A DNA stretch of 63,879 nt, the filler included, from Octopus bimaculoides (lineage: Eukaryota), in the NCBI RefSeq assembly GCF_001194135.2. It is 7 parts of 7 records of this genome, joined end to end, with 100 filler letters (N's around TTAATTAATTAA, not from the genome) between each part and the next. Parts side by side here need not be neighbours in the genome. Positions count along the whole stretch, not along the records: positions 24,311 to 46,020 come from NC_068999.1; positions 46,121 to 51,134 come from NC_068994.1; 5 more parts are not named here. One strand, given 5' to 3'. A model generated the notes under the pieces. The model ran no database searches and was not told where the DNA came from. It saw nothing but the letters and a program-made list of their open reading frames with translations. Shown here in pieces: positions 36,741 through 49,735 of this stretch (position 1 is its first letter; every line of letters starts with the position of its first letter). The position numbers and the translations under genes are program-made.

Positions 36741-39700
36741 CTATTTTACAGAATACAGCGATAACATCAGTTGAATACTTGAAAGATTGCTATTTCTAAG
36801 TAATAAAAGATACACGGTTAACGTTTGCATTAACCTTTTTACGGAATTATATTCCTCACATTGCTACTAAAGTCGAGGAAAGTGGAAGAATGAATGTAAT
36901 CGTATTTTGGTAAAGCTTTCTTTATGTTATTTTTCTTTTTCTGTCCAGAATTAGTGTTTGACATTTATGCCCGATGATTTCGTTGAAAATAATGGTTTAG
37001 TCGAGTCGCGCCTAAAATGATTTAAATGACATTTATTACGGTGGCCATAAGAGACTATTTCATTATTCATTTTATATGTTTATTTTGTTTTCATTCTGTT
37101 TTTAGTTCGATGAATGGGGAGTCAACATTTTTCAGCAGAAGAATATCGCACTTCTTTCGTAATTATTTCACAACAAAAATAAATTCGCAAATATCTATTC
37201 CATAAGATAAACAATCTTTAGATATAATACAATATGCATGAATAGAAATTATACAATCAGAACGTTAATCTATAGCATTGCAGTCAATATGAAGGAAACT
37301 GGTGACAGGTTTAGTGAATTTGAAAGAGAGGAATGTGACATATGCTTGATTGCAAACTATGATATAACCGGTATTTGGACAATTGCGTTTAATAGCAAAA
37401 ATACTTTATAAAAAGGCTTCTTGTGTTCCTGCGAAAATAGCACATGTCTTCCGATGTTATAAAATGTGCTAAAGGAAATAGCAGGAGGCTATATCTAACA
37501 CATACATTTGAATGTGGTAAATGTTGAAATTCCAACAATTTCTGTAAGTGCACACAATACATCAGTTATTTATAACGTGCAAATGGATTTCAGTATTTCC
37601 ATTGAAATATGTGAATAGATGCTATAATTCTTGCCGCTTAATAGTGACAGAAGAGAGGAATGATATAAATATACCTCGAAATCTTAACTTGCAAGCCATA
37701 ATTTTATTCAATTCAATGTGCATGATAAAGGATACTGAATCTCATTTACGTAAACATGGGTTTTCCGAGCACAATCTATCTACAACTGAATTGTGTTACA
37801 GTGCGATATTAAATATCTAAACATATTTTAGCTGAAGATTCAATGATTTCTCTGTCTCCGTTTTTCTTTCCATACAAATATCTAATGCAAATGGGAATCA
37901 TTATTCATTCGGTATTCTGGTAATGAAAGTTCTGTTAGGTTATATTCTGACAGAATCTGTTACATTTATTGATTTTCATTTTGGGAACTAGTTGAGCACA
38001 AATTTCTAATTCAGACGAGAAACCATGTGTATATCGTTCTGCTGGTAATGCATTATCTACAGGGTGACAAAGAAAAGTTATTTACATATGGCATTAATAA
38101 GACGGATAGTAAGATCTCCCATTGATTTTATGTTAAAATATAAATAATGTAACTAAACAAAGATATGCACACCAATTCAATTTCACATCAACTCAAGAGG
38201 AAACTGCGAATACATATACATATTTGTATATGTGTGTGTGTAACAGAGTGACGCATGCTTTTGTATGTAAATGTATATGTACATATATATATATATATAT
38301 ATATATANNNNNNNNNNNNNNNNNNNNNNNNNNNNNNNNNNNNNNNNNNNNNNNNNNNNNNNNNNNNNNNNNNNNNNNNNNNNNNNNNNNNNNNNNNNNN
38401 NNNNNNNNNNNNNNNNNNNNNNNNNNNNNNNNNNNNNNNNNNNNNNNNNNNNNNNNNNNNNNNNNNNNNNNNNNNNNNNNNNNNNNNNNNNNNNNNNNNN
38501 NNNNNNNNNNNNNNNNNNNNNNNNNNNNNNNNNNNNNNNNNNNNNNNNNNNNNNNNNNNNNNNNNNNNNNNNNNNNNNNNNNNNNNNNNNNNNNNNNNNN
38601 NNNNNNNNNNNNNNNNNNNNNNNNNNNNNNNNNNNNNNNNNNNNNNNNNNNNNNNNNNNNNNNNNNNNNNNNNNNNNNNNNNNNNNNNNNNNNNNNNNNN
38701 NNNNNNNNNNNNNNNNNNNNNNNNNNNNNNNNNNNNNNNNNNNNNNNNNNNNNNNNNNNNNNNNNNNNNNNNNNNNNNNNNNNNNNNNNNNNNNNNNNNN
38801 NNNNNNNNNNNNNNNNNNNNNNNNNNNNNNNNNNNNNNNNNNNNNNNNNNNNNNNNNNNNNNNNNNNNNNNNNNNNNNNNNNNNNNNNNNNNNNNNNNNN
38901 NNNNNNNNNNNNNNATATATATATATATATATACATATATGTATATACACACATACATACATATACATATGTGTATAAACACAAACACACATATTCACAC
39001 ATAGGCATCATTAAGGTAGACTGTTAAATAAGAACTAATAATAGTTTCATGCATTCGAACCACAGAAAATCGTCCGATTTATATAACGTGCCATGTGTGT
39101 CCACTTTATTTTTTTAGGATCAACGTATATGATTAGTCCGAATTCAAAACCAACATATTGATACATGAGACAACGGAAGAAATACCAAAACAATTAGTAT
39201 TTTCCCATGTCATAACACTCTGATTTTCAAATAAGGCTAACCATGTGTACTGAACCTAAATGTATGTTTCGTGATACAGTGCACGTTACATAAATCTGCA
39301 GAATTACTGTGTCTCAAATTCATGAAAATATGTGTAGCTCTTATTCGAACAGTTATTTACCGCTTACTGCATGGAGTACATTTTCTTGACTCCACCTTTG
39401 ATGAAACAATAAACTACATGCATACACATCGCTCTGTATCCATACCTATATCTATATCTGTCTGTATATATATGTTTCTCCCTCTCTCTATTCCTCTCAT
39501 TTCTCTCTTTCTCTCTTTCTCTCTTTGTATATATATATATACATATNNNNNNNNNNNNNNNNNNNNNNNNNNNNNNNNNNNNNNNNNNNNNNNNNNNNNN
39601 NNNNNNNNNNNNNNNNNNNNNNNNNNNNNNNNNNNNNNNNNNNNNNNNNNNNNNNNNNNNNNNNNNNNNNNNNNNNNNNNNNNNNNNNNNNNNNNNNNNN

Positions 39701-41021
39701 NNNNNNNNNNNNNNNNNNNNNNNNNNNNNNNNNNNNNNNNNNNNNNNNNNNNNNNNNNNNNNNNNNNNNNNNNNNNNNNNNNNNNNNNNNNNNNNNNNNN
39801 NNNNNNNNNNNNNNNNNNNNNNNNNNNNNNNNNNNNNNNNNNNNNNNNNNNNNNNNNNNNNNNNNNNNNNNNNNNNNNNNNNNNNNNNNNNNNNNNNNNN
39901 NNNNNNNNNNNNNNNNNNNNNNNNNNNNNNNNNNNNNNNNNNNNNNNNNNNNNNNNNNNNNNNNNNNNNNNNNNNNNNNNNNNNNNNNNNNNNNTATATA
40001 TTGTTAGCTCTCACATTTGTATTAACTCAGGCAACGGTATGTGATGCGGCCAAAAAGTTTGACAACCTGGATATATATAATCAATGACTGTTACTTTAGT
40101 GCCCTCCGGTTATCTGTTCATTTCACTGTGAGATGTTCGAGTAGAATATATTACAGTAATAATAAACTGCTAAAAATGGAGTAGAGCTTACAGTTCTGTA
40201 CTATTCCCATGTATGGAATTTTGCTGCTGCTAGATAAGCAAACCCAGGCACACACTCACACATATACACCGGAAAGTATTTGCGTTTTAGAAAACAAAAA
40301 CACGAACAGATTATATTATATAACTACGATTAAATATGTAAATTTGATTAAATACAAGATATTTTCCAAAACTGATTCACTTACAGATTAAGATATCAGA
40401 CATATACAAACTTTTTGATTATAGTGTTTTATTTATTTTTTTTTTTAAATTCTACAGGTGATGCGATATTCTGAAAATAATCAACGTGTATACCTATCGG
40501 CCACACTTAATATAAACAGGTGATTCTGATGTGAAATCACCGTCATTTCTTCTTTTCACTAAGCTACTTAATTGACTTGATATTCAGAAGCTCACTAACC
40601 TGATCCTCAAACTTTCTATCGCATTAGATGTCCAGGAAAGCGCAGAAGGATTAGATCTTAAAGATAAACTTTTTCTTTCATTCAGGCTTGAAAAATGTAG
40701 ATTACACTAAAAGGATTGATATCATCAGGTGTTGTAAAACAACTTAGGGTTTTTTCAACCCGCGACCCATCGCTTGGAAACCGATGCTTGTTGATTAAGT
40801 CATTCTTATATAAGTGTTGGAAAAAAGTTACCGAAAAATAAGGGCTGAACTGAAAGAGAAACGGAGAAAACATTAAAACTGAGATGATATTTTCAGAAAT
40901 CCACATTCTAGTCAGTGTCACAGAATTGATCGACTCCGATGATGACGAAAACATCCATATATACGTACATCCATACAGACACATATATACATACCTACTT
41001 ACATGGACACACATAAACATA

Positions 41022-41053
<32 letters not shown>

Positions 41054-41774
41054 CATGTGTGNNNNNNNNNNNNNNNNNNNNNNNNNNNNNNNNNNNNNNN
41101 NNNNNNNNNNNNNNNNNNNNNNNNNNNNNNNNNNNNNNNNNNNNNNNNNNNNNNNNNNNNNNNNNNNNNNNNNNNNNNNNNNNNNNNNNNNNNNNNNNNN
41201 NNNNNNNNNNNNNNNNNNNNNNNNNNNNNNNNNNNNNNNNNNNNNNNNNNNNNNNNNNNNNNNNNNNNNNNNNNNNNNNNNNNNNNNNNNNNNNNNNNNN
41301 NNNNNNNNNNNNNNNNNNNNNNNNNNNNNNNNNNNNNNNNNNNNNNNNNNNNNNNNNNNNNNNNNNNNNNNNNNNNNNNNNNNNNNNNNNNNNNNNNNNN
41401 NNNNNNNNNNNNNNNNNNNNNNNNNNNNNNNNNNNNNNNNNNNNNNNNNNNNNNNNNNNNNNNNNNNNNNNNNNNNNNNNNNNNNNNNNNNNNNNNNNNN
41501 NNNNNNNNNNNNNNNNNNNNNNNNNNNNNNNNNNNNNNNNNNNNNNNNNNNNNNNNNNNNNNNNNNNNNNNNNNNNNNNNNNNNNNNNNNNNNNNNNNNN
41601 NNNNNNNNNNNNNNNNNNNNNNNNNNNNNNNNNNNNNNNNNNNNNNNNNNNNNNNNNNNNNNNNNNNNNNNNNNNNNNNNNNNNNNNNNNNNNNNNNNNN
41701 NNNNNNNNNNNNNNNNNNNNNNNNNNNNNNNNNNNNNNNNNNNNNNNNNTATATATAGAGAGAGAGAGAGAGAG

Positions 41775-41805
<31 letters not shown>

Positions 41806-42342
41806 ATAACAGAGAGAACAATAGTTAAATAGATGGAGAATTAGATAACTAGGTAGACAAAGAGGTAAATATATTGATAGATATATAGATAAACATAGTG
41901 CGTCAATCTCTTTTCATTTAGGAAGATCAATTATTCAAAATACGTGCAATTTATATGCAGCTATTTTAAAATGGTTTGTAAAGTTAATCTCAGACATACA
42001 GGAGACATTGCTTTTGCTAATAAAAGACCAATAAACGAGGTCGAGACATGAGAACACCATGCGAACATAAACTAAATATTTAATATAATAGGCATTAAGA
42101 TATTAGTAAATGTTTCAAATATACATTACGATTTCCTTAGCAGAAATTATTCATTGCAGGCCGTTATATTTGGAAGTGTAGTGTCACAGATATTGTTGCA
42201 TACCTTAGAGGAGTGTAATTTGAATTAAGTCGTATGAATTGATACTGGCATAGAGTTGTCTCTGCTTGAAATATTAAGAATTTTCATTCGTATACAGCGC
42301 TAAACACGTACATGTACATATTCACATGCACACGTCATACCA

Positions 42343-42373
<31 letters not shown>

Positions 42374-45300
42374 GCACATACACACACACACATATATATA
42401 ATTCGTATTTGTATGTGAAAAATCACATAAGTCAGTATTTAAAAAACACACATACATTCATGCGTACGCACACATTTACATATAAGCACACACATATACA
42501 TACATACACACATTCACATACTCGTCTCGGGCAGATATCGGACAAATCCCAAAGCTGGAACATTTCTAAAGAAATGGGAGTAGCGAGACGTGTCATTAAA
42601 GAGATTGCAGCAATACGATGAAATAATTATTTTACAAAAACAATAAAGAAAGAAATGGCAACATGAACAATAGCGAACATTTGAACTATCGAATAACAGT
42701 TTGACCGAAGTGTTTAACATAGGAGCTAGAAAAACTAATAAAACAAACGGCTAANNNNNNNNNNNNNNNNNNNNNNNNNNNNNNNNNNNNNNNNNNNNNN
42801 NNNNNNNNNNNNNNNNNNNNNNNNNNNNNNNNNNNNNNNNNNNNNNNNNNNNNNNNNNNNNNNNNNNNNNNNNNNNNNNNNNNNNNNNNNNNNNNNNNNN
42901 NNNNNNNNNNNNNNNNNNNNNNNNNNNNNNNNNNNNNNNNNNNNNNNNNNNNNNNNNNNNNNNNNNNNNNNNNNNNNNNNNNNNNNNNNNNNNNNNNNNN
43001 NNNNNNNNNNNNNNNNNNNNNNNNNNNNNNNNNNNNNNNNNNNNNNNNNNNNNNNNNNNNNNNNNNNNNNNNNNNNNNNNNNNNNNNNNNNNNNNNNNNN
43101 NNNNNNNNNNNNNNNNNNNNNNNNNNNNNNNNNNNTATATATATATTGTCAGCTATCTCAGTGAATAATTATAGCAATTTCCGCATTTATCGGATACACA
43201 TTCTGTAACCTAATTCGACACTACTTTTCTTAATCTTCCACAATATTGAATTTGTTAAGAAATCGCAGCCACACAATTCTATAAGTAGTGAACAAGATAA
43301 CACATTGTAGTAGTAAAATGTTTAGATTCTGAAAACTAAAAGCAAATATGAAACATCTGCTTCGTATCCTGTCACGAAATTGGAAGTCTTCAATTTTTTT
43401 ATAAGAAATGTGTTTTCAGTTTTCAGTTTTATAAGAAATGTATATTCAGTTAAAGATTCACACGTATCCGGATTCATATGTTATCAATTCCACGTTAGAT
43501 TCATGTGTCCGTTACTCCAACTAAATATATTGTTTCCAACACATCTTTCCTAGATTGAAAATCAATGCAAATTTTTTTGTGTATAGTTTGTTAAGCAGTC
43601 AAGGAGTGTTTAATATCGCATTTCGTATAGGCTCTGGTGACTGAGTACGAGATTAATTTTGATGCATTCTGGTTTAACACTTATATTCAGCAATATATAG
43701 AATAAAATTATTCCATCTACCATTTTATTTTTGTTGCATTGTAAAACGCACTTATGAAGCAGATACGTAAAATATTACGTTTTAACTCATTGTTCAGGCT
43801 ATAATTAACATTTTTATAAGCGAGATTTCTGAGATGTGTTCCGTTAAAAAATAGCATCTGAATAGCAATTGAAAATATGCGACTCACTCTTCGACTGCAA
43901 TGTTGTACATATTGCGATGTATCGTCGTCACACTAGAAACGAGCAGCGTCACTCAAAAAGTGAAACCATGTAGACACATGCGCGCGCCTTGACACAGAGA
44001 AACACACACGAACACAGGAGGACATATTTACAGAAACACACTCATATATGTTGGTATCGGCTGAACCTAACTTACACAGGGAAATTTAATATATACTTCA
44101 TAGTATCGCCTGATTATATATAGAGAGAGATTCTGAGTCAAACTGTTTTGATTTACACATGAAAGGCGCAATCAATGTGTTGAGTGCAATGCTTTCGTTT
44201 GTCAATTCACTCGTATAAATATATATACATAGAGATAAAGAAAGAGAGAGATTAGAGACATGTATTCTCTGTATAGAATACACTTCGCAGTGCTTAAGAG
44301 ATTTGGACATTAGCAGGTAGAGGAGTAAATGTAAGGGCAAGCGAGTTAGTCAAGTCCATATATAAAAATACATTTAATACAAAGAATGTACCGATGTATA
44401 CATATAAAAGAATTCCGACTTACACAGACTGGAAATGATATCAGGTAGTAAGAGTGGGAGTGAAGTAGTTTTACGATTGCAGCTGCTGCTTCTGAAGGTG
44501 TGGTGGCAAATATAAATTCTTCCCCGAAGACGGAAGCTGGTGCTACCTGATGATGGAATCAAGTCACAAGCATTACGCTGGACCACCAAGCCCCCAGAAA
44601 CAGACGTTGAACTCGAAAAACGTCTACTCAAACCCCTTAATTCCTTATATCAGTTCCATTCTATGTACGTCGGACTTCTTTTATATGTATACATATGTAT
44701 CTGCCTTGTATTAAATGTGTTTAACATTTTTTTTTATAGCGAATTGACTAACTTGCTTGTCCTTACATTTACTCATATATATATATATATATATATATAT
44801 ANNNNNNNNNNNNNNNNNNNNNNNNNNNNNNNNNNNNNNNNNNNNNNNNNNNNNNGAGAGAGAGAGAGGGAGAGAGAGAGAGAGAGAGGGAGAGAGAGAG
44901 AGAGAGAGATATTTATATATATATACATTAGAACACCTTTATTTTGAACGTGCGTTATGTTCAAGTTAGAGGAGGCTGTTCAAATAACGTGAAGAAAATG
45001 CAAAAGGGTGTTAAAATATTTCCTCCTACATTTCCGGGTTCCAGCGCTAGTATTTAATGCATACATTAAGGTGAATATATTATATAGCTTAAATAATCGT
45101 TAAATATCATTGCTAGGAAAAAAAATTGAAACTAAGTGAATATTAAATAATGTTAGTTGCTCGGTGTTTATTACATAAATTATCTGCATTTAACAACCAG
45201 TCTCCTATGTAGAATACATTTATTCATTCATTGAATGAACTTCTTCCCTTTCGTTTCTTTTTTCCTTTGTCGAAACAGTGGGGGCGGCATTGCATTCCTG

Positions 45301-45757
45301 AAGCGATCACGAGACTCCACTATTTCCTGGTGCTGTAGTCTCTATGTGATCATATCCTTTCGAACTGACATTGCTTGCAAGACATATTTGTCACTAATGT
45401 ACGGATTTCTTTCTAGAAATTTGATCATATCTCCATAGACTTTTCAGCATTATTTCGTGTTGTTTTCTGATTAGAGTGTTCTGGTTATTTACATTAGACT
45501 CACTCAAATGTGAGCTGTCGCAGTCGCAGATTTCATGATCATTATTTTCTTCGGGGTATTGTTCAGTAGTTTCTTCATCTTGTCGCGCCCGCATTTCAAT
45601 TTCATTTAATTCACGTGATTGAGAAACTGTGTGTTTATTTGGAAATCGTGAAGTTTAAAGAATATTTTGTACTCCAGATCCATTCTCTGCTTCTTTATTA
45701 TGATAACTAACAGATTGTCCTATATTATATACATATATATATATATATAGAGAGAGT

Positions 45758-46020
45758 TATTAATATTTCTAAGTCTCTCTAAAGGAGACTACGGCAGCGG
45801 TACTGGAAATTAATAGTTATCGCCAAGCCAACATGGCAGTCCCAAAATTAGGACGAAAGCTGCCGTGAATTAGCTCCAAGAAGCCATCGCCTCTAGCTAG
45901 CTATGTGACACACGAAACCTGGCTAAGGCTTGGCTACTCTGCATTGACAAGGGGCAACACCCTGAAACTAGTCTAGTCTGCAGATGCCAAACCAGCAGGG
46001 GGACGCTGCTGACCTCCCCT
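45758..46020 (+). mobile_element. Foldback hammerhead element (copy 2), truncated by linker
   Basis: Colinear with 3422-3660: leader ggagactacggcagcggtactgg, left arm 45829-45921, hammerhead, and the agggg..gctgctgacctcccct hairpin. Confidence 0.8.
45938..45984 (+). ncRNA. Type I hammerhead ribozyme, U3-A8 variant, with duplicated TAGTC in helix III
   Basis: UCUGCA / UUGACAA / GGGG-CAACA-CCCU / GAAA / CUA-GUC-UAG / UC / UGCAGA. Helix I is compensatory relative to copy 1. Predicted cut after 45978. Confidence 0.75.
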
Positions 46021-46120
46021 NNNNNNNNNNNNNNNNNNNNNNNNNNNNNNNNNNNNNNNNNNNNTTAATTAATTAANNNNNNNNNNNNNNNNNNNNNNNN
46101 NNNNNNNNNNNNNNNNNNNN
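46021..46120. other. Artificial scaffold linker
   Basis: N run + TTAATTAATTAA + N run, 100 bp. Confidence 0.9.
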
Positions 46121-47254
46121 TGAGACACCTGCAGAACCAGGTAACTTTTATCAAAACATAACATATAAATGTAATTACCTTTATTACTGTAGGACAATAT
46201 ATAATGTTATGCTTAGTGTAATATAAGATCAATGTTTCTATCTTTATATATTGGAATTGTTATATTGAAATGTAATTTGTGTTTGTATATTTGATATTTT
46301 GCAGAATATACCAATGACAATCCAGTTGCAGCCACAATACTAAAGGGACAACAAATACAAGATACCTATCTACAGCCAACATAGTAGATGTTCCATGACT
46401 ATTGTTAAATGATTCTCTCACACACCAAATCTTATACAATACTTTATATTCATATAAAAATATCAACTCTATGTTTCTTTCACCCGTCACACATAAAGGG
46501 CCTTACAGTGGCATTTATTATGACCCCTAACTTCCATCTGAGGTATATTAAATATAACAAAGCATCCTACTCTACATTACCATAGTCCTCTATAGTAAAA
46601 TAGTTATTTTACTCTCAGTTTTGGTACAGATATTTCACTAAATATCAATGTATTAATCTGGGTCTTCCTAGAATTTTCAGTTATAGTATCTTTTAATTTA
46701 ATATCAAATCTACTATTATTTAGTATCATTGTAAATTCTACCATTGTTTTACTTTATTTGCTTTTTGCCTTCTGTTCACACCTTTTCCTTTATATTCTTA
46801 AAATGGAAATATTTTAATTTATCTTAATCTACTTTGTTTACAGTTTATGTAGTCATGTAAACTTCTTAAATAATGAAATCTTTGATGACTTATTCTAAAA
46901 TCAATTTCTTTCTGATAGAAATCCGGAAAATGTATTCTTATAGTGGAGTTAATAATAATCCATCAAATATCAAGAAATATTAATATAAATCTTAAATCTT
47001 ATATTTTAATACAAATCTCTTATTTCCTAGCATTAGATATGTAAATGTAGTGTTTTTATTAAATAGAAAAAGTGAAGTTGCTTCTGTTTAACATGACTTC
47101 TGTTACTTGATGTGTTTGTGTGACACAGACAACATTGCAGTAATTTCCTATTGGATGAGAGAGATTTTCTATATTTCTTTCAATATTGAAAGTGAGGCTG
47201 ATAGCTTTTTTCTTTGTTCATCATACACACAATTGTGTGTGTGTGTGTGTGTGG

Positions 47255-47530
47255 CGGACATAGAGTTGTAACTAGCACACACCAGCATCTGGCTAACATA
47301 TCACCTCCCACTACACACAGCAACTGTCACACTATTATATCAGCAGTTACACAGGAACACCACCACCACCACTACAACAGCAGCAGCAGCAGTAACACAG
47401 GGACACTACTACAACAGCAGCAGTACCACTATAATACCACTACAGCAGCAGCAGCAGTTAGAGTGGAACACTACAGCAGGATACACATCATCCATCACAC
47501 AGAACTACAGTGAAGGATTAAACAATGCAG
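47255..47530 (+). other. Predicted 5' leader exon of the protocadherin (start approximate)
   Basis: Strong donor CAG|GTAAGT at 47530/47531. A matching acceptor tttgttgtcttttgtAG| ends at 49697, 38 nt upstream of the ATG. The exon is C/A-rich with CAC/CAG repeats. Confidence 0.55.
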
Positions 47531-49735
47531 GTAAGTCTCTCTCTTTCTCTTTATTATCTTTTCATATTCATTATAACATTTATATTATATGTGTTTCTAG
47601 TGAAAGACAGGGTAAGGATAATATCTAAAATGTCTGTCATGTTGTATATATATATATACACAGGGACTGGGACAGTGGAGGATCGAGAGATCTAGCCATC
47701 ACTTCCACCATTAACAACAAGAACTGTAGTAGTCATTGTATTACAATTACTTCAATCTGGATTACATCTTTTAATCTCAGAATCATATATGTATTGCTAC
47801 AATATATATTATATACATTTGTGTAAAGTAAATGTATATAGTAATTTTAACAGTCAAAAAACATTGATTTATAGGCAATAAGACTAGGTGTTAATAATGT
47901 CTATTGATGTTGTTTGTATCTTTGTTGTCGTAATAATTTGTTGATTAAATTTTAAGTTGGTGTAGCTTTAATTAACTCTAACAGATCTCCTTTATCCCTA
48001 TATATGTGTTTGTGTGTGTATATATATGTATATGTGTGTATATATATATTTATATATATATACGCCCTTTTGAATATCTGTTATATATTCTTTTGTATAT
48101 AATAAATCAAGAATATTTATCATCATCATCATCATCAATATTATTATGTATTGTCCTCCTTTCAGTTTTTATTTCCATTTCTTGCCAAGTATCTTTCCGA
48201 TTTCTAGAGCAAAGAAACTCGCCGTATGCATTTGTAGAGCATTTAAATAAACACATGAGATTGTTCATTTACAAAGCCAAGTTATGTGAAAAAGATGCTG
48301 ATAAATATTATTTAGTGTAGATTTGTTATTTAAGATAATTGTCAGGAGATATAAATTGATGATATTGTCATGTATTGTTAAAATATATTAATCCTGTCAA
48401 CAAGAGATGGATGTTGAGAATTGATTAGAAATAATATCTTTCTACAAATTAACATACCTCGCACTATCATACTAAATATTTTTTGTACAGAAATATTTAT
48501 AAAATCTACATGTTATATGTAAATAGGGATTAAATTTGGAAACAAAAGCAATGTATTCCACAAGAAATATGGTAACAAAAGAGTAGAATTCCAACCAACA
48601 AGACATGTCCTTAATCTTTCGCTCTGAAAACGTAAACTTCATTAATTAAATATCTTGAGAGACTACTGTTCATTAATTTCACAATATATTTTACGTCTGT
48701 TTTGATTAAGACCTACCATCAGCTTAGAGTTTTCATATTGTATATATCATGAAATTTACTTAAAGGACACTCAATATACGCACATTACAAATGTGCATGT
48801 TCACCTTTACATAATACAAACAAATTAGTGGTGACATTAATAATTGGTCAAGAAAAACAATTTTCTGTTCAGGCATTATGAACAATTATCAGTTAGTTGT
48901 CAGGTCTGATATCGGTAACAGGATTTTATTGTCATTTGTTCCCATTCAAAGGATGTCTTATGATGCTTTAAGTAACACTCTATTAAATAGTTAGGAAGAC
49001 GACATCTGAACATTTTGACCTCTCAAATTTTATCAGTTGTAGAAGTCATGTTATTCCTATCATAGCCAACTATTCATACACACATGGACGTACACACACA
49101 TACATAATGGAAGTTTTACGCTATCACAATTTAACTTTCTGAGTATACTATGTCATCAGATTGTTTGAATGAAAATAAAAGAAACTCGCTGATTCCATTT
49201 TTATTTAACTATCATTGTATATATGTTTGTATGTGAATGGATGGGTGAGTGTTGAATTATGTTGAGCAATTTATTCATAAGAATGATTGTTTCTCCTATA
49301 TTATATGTGACTTCACATCACAAACCCTCCATGATTATATACAATATAAAAGAAGTACTTCTCTTAGGTATAGTTGCATTACACATTTGATCTTGTTCTT
49401 TGTCACCATCAACATGGTGCTTCTCTATAAAGAGATGTATTCCTGGCATAAAAGGAATATTATTAACCTTTTGTTTAGTACATATTTTGATCTGCATGAA
49501 CCAATGTTATACATTGATTTCCATGAACCAATTTTATACTTTCTAATGCTTCCTGTATCACAAAAGCTAAAGGTGGCCATTTTAAATTATTCAGTTGTGT
49601 CTACTGGAGTTTATTAAGAAATAGCAATAATATTTAGAAAAATTATTATTGTTTTTTAAATTTAATTTCATTTATATATCTTTGTTGTCTTTTGTAGCAA
49701 TTTCTCCTGCTGAAATGTGATGAAGAATTCCAGAC

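Noticed and set aside
40458-40950. Acceptor-like site and weakly protein-like frames
   Set aside because: Stops in all frames and no recognisable motif.
42017-42052. CTAATAA-AA-GACC..GGTC-GAGAC as an old hammerhead
   Set aside because: It needs five or more changes in invariant positions, so it cannot be told from chance.
44374-44700. GC-richer segment with ORFs on both strands
   Set aside because: No family motif recognised and no supported splice structure.
47214-47513. 99-aa His/Gln/Ser-rich ORF
   Set aside because: It derives from triplet repeats in the predicted leader exon, has no AUG in good context, and stops before the donor.
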